NCBI RefSeq assembly: GCF_004296475.1
Contig: NZ_AP018162.1
Location: forward strand, 120,001 to 152,000
Direction of reading: 5' to 3'
Length of the DNA stretch: 32,000 bases
DNA from: Candidatus Saccharimonadota bacterium
GTDB taxonomy: Bacteria > Pseudomonadota > Gammaproteobacteria > Enterobacterales > Enterobacteriaceae
In this document: positions 18,976-28,587 of the stretch, in pieces
Layout: the number at the start of each line of letters is the position of its first letter
How positions within the stretch are numbered: position 1 is the first letter of the stretch
Program-made: the position numbers and the translations under genes
Notes under the pieces: model-generated
Databases searched by the model: none
Seen by the model: the letters and a program-made list of their open reading frames with translations, nothing else
Told to the model about the DNA's origin: nothing

Positions 18976-21741
18976 ATGAAGTTTGTACATTTAAGAATTC
19001 ATAGTGAATTTTCTATAATAGATGGATTATCTAAATTAGATATATTAATAAAAAAAGCTAAAGAATTTAATATGGATTCTTTAGCTATAACAGATTTTAC
19101 TAATTTATTTGGAATGATTAATTTTTATGAATTATGTTGTAAAAATAATATAAAACCTATAATAGGATCAGATTTTAATTTATATACTAATAGTGATGAA
19201 ATTTCAGAAATAACTTTATTAGTTAAAAATTTATATGGATATAAAAATTTAATATCTCTTATAAATAGTGCTTATAATTATAATATTAATATAAATGAAA
19301 AATTATTATTTAAACATAATAAAGGTCTAATTATATTAATAGGATTTAATAGTTATATAGGTAAATATTTATTAAATAATAAATATAATAATTTATTAGA
19401 AGAAAAAATATTACTTTATAATAAATATTTTTATGATAATTTTTATATTGAAATAAATAGAATAGGAATTAATAATGAAAGTTTTTATATAAATAAATGT
19501 ATAGAAATATCATATAAATATAATATACCTATAGTTGCTACTAATAATGTAAGATTTATAGATAAAGAAGATTTTAAATATCATAAAATAAAAGTATCAA
19601 TATACAATAATTCATCATATACAAAAATAAAAAATTATAGATTATATACTTGTGAGCAATATTTTAAGAATATAGATAGTATGATTAAATTATTTGATGA
19701 TATACCTGAATCTATAATTAATTCAATAGAAATATCTAAAAGATGTAATTTGATATTAAATTTAAAAAAAAAAGTTTATTTACCTAAATTCAATATAAAA
19801 AATGATAAGATATCATCATATGATTTACTAAATAAATTAAGTAAATTAGGTTTAATTAAAATACTTAATAATTTAAAAATAAAAGATAAAAAAGAAAAAA
19901 TAATAAAATATAAACTATATTTTAATAGATTAAATAAAGAATTAAATGTAATAAATATAATGAATTTTTCAGACTATTTTTTAATAGTTATGGAATTAAT
20001 AAAATGGGCTAAAGATAATAATATACCAGTAGGGCCTGGAAGAGGATCAGGAGCTGGATCTTTAGTTGCATATTCATTAGATATAACAAATTTAGATCCA
20101 ATAAAATTTAATTTATTATTTGAACGTTTTTTAAATTGTGAAAGAGCTTCTATACCAGATTTAGATATAGATTTTTGTATGGAAAAAAGAGATAAAGTTA
20201 TAAACTATGTTTTTAGTAAATATAAAGATAATTTTGTATCTAAAATAATAACTTTTAGTAAAATGACTGCAAGATCTATAATAAAAGATGTTGGTAAAGT
20301 GTTAGGTTATACATATAATTTTACTAATAAAATAACACAATATATACCTAATATATTAGGAATAACTTTAAATAAAACTTTGAAACTAAAAACTGAATTA
20401 TATAATTTATATATAAATGATGTTAATATAAAAAATTTAATAGATATATCTATTAAATTAGAAGGTACTGTAAAAAATGTTGGAAAACATTCCGGAGGAA
20501 TAATAATATCACCAAATATAATTAAAAATATTATCCCAATATATAAAAATATTAATGAAGAAATATTAGTTACACAATTTAATAAAAGTGATATAGAAAA
20601 AATAGGATTAATAAAATTTGATTTTTTAGGATTAAAAACTTTAACTATAATAAAATCAACTATTGATATTATTAATAATAACTTATCTAATAAAAAAAAA
20701 ATAGATATATCAAAAATATCTTTAAATGATAATAAAAGTTTTAATATGTTAAGATCATGTAATACTAATGGTATTTTTCAATTAGAATCATATGGTATAA
20801 AAAAATTAATAAAAAAAATAAGACCTGATAAATTTGAAGAGCTTATGGATATAATAGCTTTATTTAGACCTGGTCCTTTAAAATCAGGAATGGTAGATAA
20901 ATATATAAATAGAAAAAATAATAAAGAAAAAATATTTTATCCTGATAAAAGCTGTAGTCATAATTTATTAATAAATATATTACATTCAACTTATGGGATA
21001 ATTTTATATCAAGAACAAATTATGGAAATATCTAGAATATTTTCTAATTATTCTCCTATAGAATCAGATATTTTGAGAATAATTATAAGTAAAAAAAAAA
21101 TAAATGATATAAAAGATCATTATAAAAAATTTGTAGATGGAGCTTTAGAAAAAAATAATATTAAATTAGATTTATCATCAAATTTATTTAAAATAATAGA
21201 AAAATTTTCTGGTTATTGTTTCAATAAATCTCATTCTGCTGCATATGCTTTAATAACATATAGAACATTATGGTTAAAATCTAATTTTACAGAAGAATTT
21301 ATGTCATCTTATATAAATTATCATTTAGATGATAAAAATAAAATAAATTCAATAATTAATGAATGCAAGTTACTTAATATAAATATAATATATCTTAATA
21401 TAAATTTAAGTAATTACTATTTTTATGTTAATGATAAAAAAGAAATAATATATGGATTAAGTATAATCAAAGGAATACCAAAATCAAATATTATAAATAT
21501 ATTAAAAATAAGAAATAATTTTGGATATTTCAAAAATTTAAAAGATTTTTTATATAAAATAATAGTAAAAAGTGATATAAAAATAAATAAAAAAACAATA
21601 GAATCTATAATAGAATCTGGAGCTTGTAATATATTTGAATTAAATAAAGTTAATATGATAAAATATTTAAACTATTATTTTAGTATTTTTTATAAAAAAA
21701 ATAATATTAAAAATAATAATCAAATAGATATGTTTAATTAA
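18976..21741 (+). CDS. dnaE: DNA polymerase III alpha subunit, C-terminally short form
   Basis: 921 aa. PHP domain begins MKFVHLRIHSEFSIIDG. Palm motif GPGRGSGAGSLVAYSLDITNLDP and fingers motif FNKSHSAAYALITY are present. The protein ends NQIDMFN, at the position of the E. coli internal clamp-binding motif QADMF. Confidence 0.95.
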   Translation: MKFVHLRIHSEFSIIDGLSKLDILIKKAKEFNMDSLAITDFTNLFGMINFYELCCKNNIKPIIGSDFNLYTNSDEISEITLLVKNLYGYKNLISLINSAYNYNININEKLLFKHNKGLIILIGFNSYIGKYLLNNKYNNLLEEKILLYNKYFYDNFYIEINRIGINNESFYINKCIEISYKYNIPIVATNNVRFIDKEDFKYHKIKVSIYNNSSYTKIKNYRLYTCEQYFKNIDSMIKLFDDIPESIINSIEISKRCNLILNLKKKVYLPKFNIKNDKISSYDLLNKLSKLGLIKILNNLKIKDKKEKIIKYKLYFNRLNKELNVINIMNFSDYFLIVMELIKWAKDNNIPVGPGRGSGAGSLVAYSLDITNLDPIKFNLLFERFLNCERASIPDLDIDFCMEKRDKVINYVFSKYKDNFVSKIITFSKMTARSIIKDVGKVLGYTYNFTNKITQYIPNILGITLNKTLKLKTELYNLYINDVNIKNLIDISIKLEGTVKNVGKHSGGIIISPNIIKNIIPIYKNINEEILVTQFNKSDIEKIGLIKFDFLGLKTLTIIKSTIDIINNNLSNKKKIDISKISLNDNKSFNMLRSCNTNGIFQLESYGIKKLIKKIRPDKFEELMDIIALFRPGPLKSGMVDKYINRKNNKEKIFYPDKSCSHNLLINILHSTYGIILYQEQIMEISRIFSNYSPIESDILRIIISKKKINDIKDHYKKFVDGALEKNNIKLDLSSNLFKIIEKFSGYCFNKSHSAAYALITYRTLWLKSNFTEEFMSSYINYHLDDKNKINSIINECKLLNINIIYLNINLSNYYFYVNDKKEIIYGLSIIKGIPKSNIINILKIRNNFGYFKNLKDFLYKIIVKSDIKINKKTIESIIESGACNIFELNKVNMIKYLNYYFSIFYKKNNIKNNNQIDMFN

Positions 21742-21758
21742 AAAAAAAGAGATAAATT

Positions 21759-21965
21759 ATGAAAATAAAAGGTAAAGTAAAATGGTTCAATAAAAACAAA
21801 GGATTTGGATTTATAATACCTAATGAAGGGAATAAAGATATTTTTGTTCATTTTTCTTCAATAAATGGAGAAGGATTTAAAACATTATTAGAAGGACAAG
21901 AAGTTGAATTTGAAATATATGAAAGTCAAAAAGGGGTATCTGCTGTAAATGTAACTATAGTATAA
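21759..21965 (+). CDS. cspC: Cold-shock-domain protein (CspC/CspE type)
   Basis: 68 aa. [18 protein letters not shown]...DIFVHFSSI carries the RNP1 and RNP2 motifs. The C-terminus [12 protein letters not shown] resembles E. coli CspC QKGPAAVNVTAI. Choosing between C and E is uncertain. Confidence 0.9.
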   Translation: MKIKGKVKWFNKNKGFGFIIPNEGNKDIFVHFSSINGEGFKTLLEGQEVEFEIYESQKGVSAVNVTIV

Positions 21966-21966
21966 A

Positions 21967-22677
21967 ATGAAGTATACATTTCTATATATTAATACATCTT
22001 TATATAAAAAATATAATATAGGAATATATAGATATGGTTATATTTATGATTATATATATACATCAAATAATATATCTAAAGATATTTTAAATAAAATAAA
22101 TAATATATTAAAAAAAAATAATTTAGAAATAAAAGATTTTAATACAATAATATGTATTGTCGGGCCGGGTAGTTTTATAAGTACAAGAATAGGAATATGT
22201 ATATCTCAAGGTTTATCTTTCGGATCTAATATACCTATATTATACTTTTCAATACCTGAAATATTATTTTTACATATAAAAAAAAAAAGTAATATTTTTT
22301 ATGATAAAATTATATTTATAATGAAATCATACTCAAATGAATTTATATATTGGTCAATTAATGATTATAATAAAAAAAATAATGATTATAATAATATATA
22401 TCTTTCAAAGATAAATGATTTCTTTACATATATAAAAAATAATATAGATAAAGATAAAAAATATTTTATATTAAATTATAATAATAAATTTATATATAAT
22501 AAAATTTTAAATAAAATTAATATTGTAAAAAATATATATATGTTAAATATAAATTTAAATATAATAGATATATTTAATTTAACTATAGATAAATTTAAAA
22601 AAAATAATACTAAAAATTATTTAAATAATATAAAATTAAAAAAATATAAATTTTTAGATAATTTTAATATTCTTTAA
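21967..22677 (+). CDS. tsaB: tRNA t6A37 biosynthesis protein TsaB (YeaZ)
   Basis: 236 aa. IVGPGSFISTRIGICISQGLSFGSNIPI matches E. coli TsaB [28 protein letters not shown]. The ATG lies 1 nt after the csp stop. Confidence 0.8.
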   Translation: MKYTFLYINTSLYKKYNIGIYRYGYIYDYIYTSNNISKDILNKINNILKKNNLEIKDFNTIICIVGPGSFISTRIGICISQGLSFGSNIPILYFSIPEILFLHIKKKSNIFYDKIIFIMKSYSNEFIYWSINDYNKKNNDYNNIYLSKINDFFTYIKNNIDKDKKYFILNYNNKFIYNKILNKINIVKNIYMLNINLNIIDIFNLTIDKFKKNNTKNYLNNIKLKKYKFLDNFNIL

Positions 22678-23971
22678 ATATTAATTTAATAAAAAATCCT
22701 TTTATGTTTAAACTTTTCATAAAGAAATTAAATATAAATTTTTTATCATTATTTTTTATTGATTTTGCGTTTTTTGAGTATATTATTATTGTTAAAGGTT
22801 TATATTTTATAATATTAGCATATTTAATTTTTAAAATATAACTATTATTAATTTTATAATGTTCTATTATAGATTTAATTAATTTATTTATATATTTAGT
22901 TTTATATTCTGTATTATATATATTAAATGTTTTTTTTGATAATTTAATTAAATTACTTATATTTTCCTTATACAAAGAAGATATAAATACTATATATATA
23001 TAATTTTTTATATTATTAAATTTATTTAATAAATATTTTTTTGTATTTTTTTTTTCATATTTTTTAACTAAATCAAATTTATTTATTCCTATAATAATAG
23101 GAATATTAAATTTAACTAAAGAATTTATTAAATTTATATCTTTATTAGAAATTTCACTATTAATATCAAATAATAATAATATAATATTACTTTTTAAAAT
23201 TACTTTTTTTATTTTTTTAAAGAATAAATTTTTATCCTTTTTAATATCTATTCCTATAGTATCAGTTATTTTTATATTATATAATTTACTATATAATTCT
23301 GTATTATTAGTAGTTGTATTTGGAATTTTAGATGTAATTAATATATCATTTTTTAGTATAGAATTAGATAAAGTTGATTTACCAGAATTAGATCTACCTA
23401 GTATAGATATATTTATTAATTTATTATATACTTTTTCTTTATTAATAAAAAAATTATATAAATCATTATTTATAATTTTTTTATTTTCATTAAAATAATT
23501 TATTAATATTTTTAATAAAAAATTTATACCAATTTTATTAATCGATGATATAAATATTATGTTATACTTATTTTTTAATAAATAAAAATCTTTATCACAA
23601 TACATTTGATAATTTAAATTATCAAATTTATTTACTATACAAATTATATTATTATTATTTTTTTTTATTAAAGATAGTATTTTTGAATCATCTTTTAAAA
23701 ATCCTGTTTTATAATCTAATACAAATAATATCAAATTTGAATTTTTTATAGAAAAAATAGTTTTATTTAATATTAACTTATCAATTTCATTATTTTTATT
23801 AAATGATATTCCTCCGGTATCTATTAATATAATTTTATTATTTTCTATAAATTCACAATAATTTAAATCAGTGCTTTTATCTCCTAAATTAATATCTTTA
23901 TTAGTTAAAATTTTAAATAGACAAGTTTTACCCACTTTTGGTTTTCCTATCAATGAAACAAAATAGTTCAT
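22664..23971 (-). CDS. der: Ribosome-associated GTPase Der (EngA)
   Basis: 435 aa with two tandem G domains: GKPKVGKT...DTGG...NKFD and GRSNSGKST...DTIG...NKFD. A KH-like C-terminus follows. Lies downstream of hisS-yfgM as in E. coli. Confidence 0.88.
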   Translation of the reverse strand: MNYFVSLIGKPKVGKTCLFKILTNKDINLGDKSTDLNYCEFIENNKIILIDTGGISFNKNNEIDKLILNKTIFSIKNSNLILFVLDYKTGFLKDDSKILSLIKKNNNNIICIVNKFDNLNYQMYCDKDFYLLKNKYNIIFISSINKIGINFLLKILINYFNENKKIINNDLYNFFINKEKVYNKLINISILGRSNSGKSTLSNSILKNDILITSKIPNTTTNNTELYSKLYNIKITDTIGIDIKKDKNLFFKKIKKVILKSNIILLLFDINSEISNKDINLINSLVKFNIPIIIGINKFDLVKKYEKKNTKKYLLNKFNNIKNYIYIVFISSLYKENISNLIKLSKKTFNIYNTEYKTKYINKLIKSIIEHYKINNSYILKIKYANIIKYKPLTIIIYSKNAKSIKNNDKKFIFNFFMKSLNIKGFFIKLIFKEY

Positions 23972-23972
23972 T

Positions 23973-24491
23973 TTATATATTTCTTAATTTTAACATTATT
24001 AAATTTTTAATAGATTCAGGACAATTTAATTTTAATATATTATTATATATACATACAGCTTTATCTTTATCACCTTTTAATAACTCTATATCCCCTTTAT
24101 ACATTAAAGATAACGGTTTCCATTCATTCACTTTTATAGTATTTAAATTTTTATAAGCGCAATTAAATTTTTTTAAAAATATTTGTATTCTAGATAAATT
24201 AATTATTATTATACATTTTATATTTTCATCACATGGGATTGATAATAATCTTTTATATTCAATTTCTGCCTTATCAAAATTATTACTCGATATATATTTT
24301 TCTTTTATATATTTCATTTTTTTAAATAAAAATTCATTATTTTTTTCTGTATTTTTTTTACTATTTAAAATAAAAGAATTTTGTTCTTTATAACTTTTTA
24401 TGTTTTTATTATAAGAAATAATATAAAAAAAAAATATTACAGAAATCAATAATAAAAAATATTTAAATTTATTTTTACATATATTAATCAT
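23973..24491 (-). CDS. yfgM: YfgM-family membrane-anchored TPR-like protein
   Basis: 172 aa with an N-terminal TM helix. DENIKCIIIINLSRIQIFLKKFNCAYKNLNTIK...YKGDIELLKGDKDKA aligns with E. coli YfgM DENLKAVINLRLARVQVQLKQADAALKTLDTIK...LRGEALLSKGDKQGA. Sits between hisS and der. Confidence 0.82.
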   Translation of the reverse strand: MINICKNKFKYFLLLISVIFFFYIISYNKNIKSYKEQNSFILNSKKNTEKNNEFLFKKMKYIKEKYISSNNFDKAEIEYKRLLSIPCDENIKCIIIINLSRIQIFLKKFNCAYKNLNTIKVNEWKPLSLMYKGDIELLKGDKDKAVCIYNNILKLNCPESIKNLIMLKLRNI

Positions 24492-24495
24492 TTAC

Positions 24496-25788
24496 TTACA
24501 CATTAAAAATATAATTATTAATATTTTTAAATATATCAAATAATTTTTTTTTTGAATTTATAATTTCTTCTTTTTTATTATATTTAAATAAAATTTTATT
24601 TTTATTAAATATTAATAATACAATATTAGAATTATATTTATTAGATAATAAAAAATTTTTTTTAATAGATTTTAATGAAAAATTTAATTTTATTTTAAAC
24701 TTATCAAAATTATTATGAATACTTTCAGATAATTCTATCATAAAATTTTTATATTTTATATCTAAAATAGAAATATATAGTATAAAATATTTATTTTTAT
24801 ATATAAAATTATTATTATTTAATTTAAATAATTCAACTAATCTATTCCATCCTATTGAAAATCCTAATGAATTTATATTATATTTACATCCAATTTTTTT
24901 AGATAAACTATCATATCTACCACCTCCACATATTGTTAAATCTTTATTAAATGAATTAGTGATCCATTCAAATATTATACCATTATTATAATAATTTAAT
25001 CCTCTAACTAATAAACTATCTATTTCGTATGGTATATTATTATTTATTAATAAATTAATAAAATAATTAAATTTAAATTTAGAATCTTTGTTTAAAAAAT
25101 CATATATTTTTGGTGAATCTTTTAATATTTTAATTATATCTTTATCTTTGGTATCTAATATAAATAATGGATTTAAATTGATTTTTTCTAAAATATTTTT
25201 ATCTATACTTTCTTTATATTTATTTATATAAAAAATAAATTTTTCACAAAATATTTTTGTTTCATAATTATTTCCAATATAATTTATTTTTAATTTTATA
25301 TATTTATCTAAATTTAATGTTTTAAATATTCTATTAATTATTAAAATTAACTCTAAGTCATATTCTATATTATCATATCTAAATACTTCCGCCCCTAATT
25401 GATAAAATTCTCTATGTCTACAAAATTGAGTATTTTCATATCTAAACATAGGTCCGAAGTACCATAATTTGTCAAAATTCCTATTTTTTAATAAGTTATT
25501 TTTTATATATATTCTAATACATTGTAATGTACTTTCTGGTCTTAAATATAAAAAATTACCCTTTTTATCTTTTATTCTATATATTTCCTTATTAAAAATA
25601 TCTGTATATTTGTCTTTATTTAATAAATCAAATAAATAACTATTTTCAATAATAGGTAATTTTATTTCATTAAATCCATATTTATTTAATATATTTTTAG
25701 ATATTTCTAATAAATTATTCCATATTAACAAATCATCATATAATATTTCTTTAAAACCTTTAGCAGAATTAAAATTATTATTAATCAT
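24496..25788 (-). CDS. hisS: Histidyl-tRNA synthetase
   Basis: I chose the internal ATG at 25788. It gives MINNNFNSAKGFKEILYDDLLIWNNLLEISKNILNKYGFNEIKLPIIENSYLF, colinear with the E. coli HisRS N-terminus. That makes 431 aa (E. coli 424). Class II motifs FRYENTQ..RHREFYQLGAEVF and GGGRYD are present. Confidence 0.92.
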   Translation of the reverse strand: MINNNFNSAKGFKEILYDDLLIWNNLLEISKNILNKYGFNEIKLPIIENSYLFDLLNKDKYTDIFNKEIYRIKDKKGNFLYLRPESTLQCIRIYIKNNLLKNRNFDKLWYFGPMFRYENTQFCRHREFYQLGAEVFRYDNIEYDLELILIINRIFKTLNLDKYIKLKINYIGNNYETKIFCEKFIFYINKYKESIDKNILEKINLNPLFILDTKDKDIIKILKDSPKIYDFLNKDSKFKFNYFINLLINNNIPYEIDSLLVRGLNYYNNGIIFEWITNSFNKDLTICGGGRYDSLSKKIGCKYNINSLGFSIGWNRLVELFKLNNNNFIYKNKYFILYISILDIKYKNFMIELSESIHNNFDKFKIKLNFSLKSIKKNFLLSNKYNSNIVLLIFNKNKILFKYNKKEEIINSKKKLFDIFKNINNYIFNV

Positions 25789-25828
25789 TACTATAAAACT
25801 ATTTAAATTAAAAAAAAAAAATAAAATT

Positions 25829-27106
25829 ATGAAAAATAAGAAAGATATTAAATTATTAATATCAGGTAAAAAAAAACTATCAGGAATAGTAAATATATCT
25901 GGTTCAAAAAATTTAGCATTACCTATAATAATATCATCTATATTAACTGATAATGATATAATTATAAAAAATATACCACTAATAAATGATATATATATAA
26001 TAATAGATTTATTAAAATTTATGGGATCAAACATATATTTTGATAAATCTACATGTTATATAAATAATAAATATATAAATAATTTAGATATAAAAAATTA
26101 TAAACATATCAATGAAACTAGAGCGTCAATATTATTATTAGGCCCAACAATATCTAAATTTAATAGAATATCTACATCATTCCCTGGAGGATGTAATATA
26201 GGTGATAGACCTATAGATTTACATATAAATAATATAAAAAAATTTGGAGTTAATATATATATAAATAATAATATAATAAATGCATTTAGTAATGGGAAAT
26301 TAATAGGAAATTATATAAATATAGAAAAAATAAGTTTTGGCGCCACTTTGAATATAATATTTGCATCAATATTAGCTAAAGGAAAAACCATAATAAAAAA
26401 TATATCATTAGAACCAGAAATATTTGAAGTAATAAAATTCTTAAATAAATTAGGATCTAAAATAAAAGTTTATATAAAAGAAAGAATTATAATAGTAGAA
26501 GGTGTAATTAAACTCAAAGGAGGGATTTTTAAAATATCTTCAGATAGAATAGAAATTGGAACTTTTATGGTATCTTCTATAGTTTCTAAAGGTGATATAA
26601 CATGTAATAATATTAATAATATAAGTAATATTAAAAATATAATAAGTAAATTAAGTAAAACTGGGGCTAATTTAATAATTAAAAAAAATTCAATTAGAGT
26701 AATAATGAATTATAGATCTAAATCAATATCTATAAAAACTTCTCCATATCCAGGATTCCCAACTGATATGCAACCGCAAATATGTTTATTGAACTCAATA
26801 TCAATAGGTAATAGTATAATAATAGAAAATATATTTAATAATAGATTAAATCATATATATGAATTAATAAAAATGGGTGCTAAATTTTATATAAAAAAAA
26901 ATATAATATATTGTTTAGGAGTTAATAATTTAAATGGTAGCATATTAAATGCTAAAGATTTAAGAGGATCAGCTACATTGATTATAGCAGGATGTATAGC
27001 AAATGATAATACATTAATAAATAATGCATACCATTTATATAGAGGATATGAAAATTTTGAAAATAAATTAAATATTATAGGTGCTGACATAAAAAGAATT
27101 TATTAA
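25829..27106 (+). CDS. murA: UDP-N-acetylglucosamine 1-carboxyvinyltransferase
   Basis: 425 aa. ISGSKNLALPII and FPGGCNIGDRPIDLH are present, with the catalytic Cys retained. GFPTDMQPQ is also present. Confidence 0.95.
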   Translation: MKNKKDIKLLISGKKKLSGIVNISGSKNLALPIIISSILTDNDIIIKNIPLINDIYIIIDLLKFMGSNIYFDKSTCYINNKYINNLDIKNYKHINETRASILLLGPTISKFNRISTSFPGGCNIGDRPIDLHINNIKKFGVNIYINNNIINAFSNGKLIGNYINIEKISFGATLNIIFASILAKGKTIIKNISLEPEIFEVIKFLNKLGSKIKVYIKERIIIVEGVIKLKGGIFKISSDRIEIGTFMVSSIVSKGDITCNNINNISNIKNIISKLSKTGANLIIKKNSIRVIMNYRSKSISIKTSPYPGFPTDMQPQICLLNSISIGNSIIIENIFNNRLNHIYELIKMGAKFYIKKNIIYCLGVNNLNGSILNAKDLRGSATLIIAGCIANDNTLINNAYHLYRGYENFENKLNIIGADIKRIY

Positions 27107-27118
27107 TAAATTCTTTTT
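27091..27118. terminator. Perfect 12-bp inverted repeat spanning the murA stop, in the murA/degP convergent junction (possible weak bidirectional terminator)
   Basis: aaaaagaattta-ttaa-taaattcttttt read directly from the sequence. The murA TAA (27104-27106) sits in the loop. Only one G-C pair is in the stem. The arms provide U-runs in both orientations. Confidence 0.3.
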
Positions 27119-27132
27119 ATGCAATAAAATAT

Positions 27133-28494
27133 TTATTTTAATAAAATAAATATTTTATTTTCTCCCCTTACTATATTTAAAGCAATTACTGAAGAATTTT
27201 TACTTTCTAATACTTTTTTAAATTGATTTATATTATAAACTTTATCTTTATTTATTCCTATTATTATATCATCTTTTTTTAAACCTATATAAGAAGCAGG
27301 AGAATCATCTGTTACATTTTCAACAATTATACCTACTAATCCATTACTAGATTTATAATTTTTAAATTTAGCTCCTTTTAACAATGGATATAATATATTT
27401 TTACCTGAAACAGAAGATATACTACTATCTAATATAACAGAAAAGAATTTTATTTTATTATTTCTTAATATTCCTAATTTAATTGTTTCTCCAGGAGAAG
27501 TTATACCTATTTTAACTCTTAATTCTGAAAAACTTTTTATAGGTTTATTATTTATAGATATAATTATATCACCTGCTTTTATACCTGATTTATCTGCCGC
27601 TGATCCAGTTATAACTTCATTAACAAATGCTCCTTGTCTTATATTTATATTTAAAGCTTGAGCTATATCAAAATTTAATTCAGTACCTCTTATTCCTAAT
27701 TGTCCTCTTTTAACTTCTCCATAATTTATTATTTGTTTACTTAAATTAGTAACTATATTACTAGGTATAGCAAATCCTATCCCTATATTCCCACCATTAG
27801 GTGCTAATATAGCAGTATTTATACCTATTAATTCACCATTTAAATTAATTAATGGACCTCCAGAATTACCTTTATTTATAGAAGCATCTGTTTGTATAAA
27901 ATTCTCTAACCCATCAATATTTAATCCACTTCTTCCTAAAGCTGATATAATACCAGATGTAACCGTTTGACCTAATCCAAATGGATTACCTATTGCTATA
28001 ACAAAATCTCCAATTCTTATATTATCTGAATCGGCTATTTTAATTTCAACTAAGTCATTAAATGAAAAAATTCTTAATAATGCCAAATCTGTTTGTTCAT
28101 CACAACCTATTAACTTAGCATTAAATTCTCTTCCATCATATAATTGAACTTTTATAAGATTAGCTCCATTTACAACATGATTATTTGTAACTATATATCC
28201 TTTTTTAGAGTTTATTATAACTCCTGAACCTAAACCTTCAAATTGTTTATATTTATTATTATTTCTATTAAATAATTCCGGTTCAAAAAAATGTTTAAAC
28301 TCTTTAGGAATAAAATTTTTTGATTTTTTTGATCCTTCTACATAGATATTAACTACAGATGGTAGAACTTTTTCTACCATATTAGATATACTTATTTTAT
28401 TTTGATCACCAAATATTATTGATGAAGCATATAAATAATTAATATCTAATATTTTTATTAAACATATAACAATTAATAATGATATTTTTTTCAT
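27133..28494 (-). CDS. degP: Periplasmic serine endoprotease, HtrA family (DegP/DegQ)
   Basis: 453 aa with a signal peptide. Catalytic triad contexts are TNNHVV (His), DLALLRI (Asp) and GNSGGPLINLNGELIGINTAI (Ser). Two PDZ-like C-terminal domains follow. By size and position next to rplM it may be the degQ ortholog. Confidence 0.9.
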   Translation of the reverse strand: MKKISLLIVICLIKILDINYLYASSIIFGDQNKISISNMVEKVLPSVVNIYVEGSKKSKNFIPKEFKHFFEPELFNRNNNKYKQFEGLGSGVIINSKKGYIVTNNHVVNGANLIKVQLYDGREFNAKLIGCDEQTDLALLRIFSFNDLVEIKIADSDNIRIGDFVIAIGNPFGLGQTVTSGIISALGRSGLNIDGLENFIQTDASINKGNSGGPLINLNGELIGINTAILAPNGGNIGIGFAIPSNIVTNLSKQIINYGEVKRGQLGIRGTELNFDIAQALNINIRQGAFVNEVITGSAADKSGIKAGDIIISINNKPIKSFSELRVKIGITSPGETIKLGILRNNKIKFFSVILDSSISSVSGKNILYPLLKGAKFKNYKSSNGLVGIIVENVTDDSPASYIGLKKDDIIIGINKDKVYNINQFKKVLESKNSSVIALNIVRGENKIFILLK

Positions 28495-28587
28495 ATTTAT
28501 TTATAATTTAATTAATAATAATATTTAAATTTTATTATAAATATTATATTTATAATAATAAAAAAAAATAATAAATTCTACTATTTT

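Noticed and set aside
25789-26034. 82-codon N-terminal extension of the hisS ORF, which would give 512 aa with hydrophobic segments
   Set aside because: The extension overlaps the 5' end of murA on the opposite strand and has no counterpart in HisRS. The internal ATG at 25788 reproduces the canonical HisRS N-terminus and a normal length (431 aa versus 424 in E. coli). The extension looks like an accidental open antisense frame.
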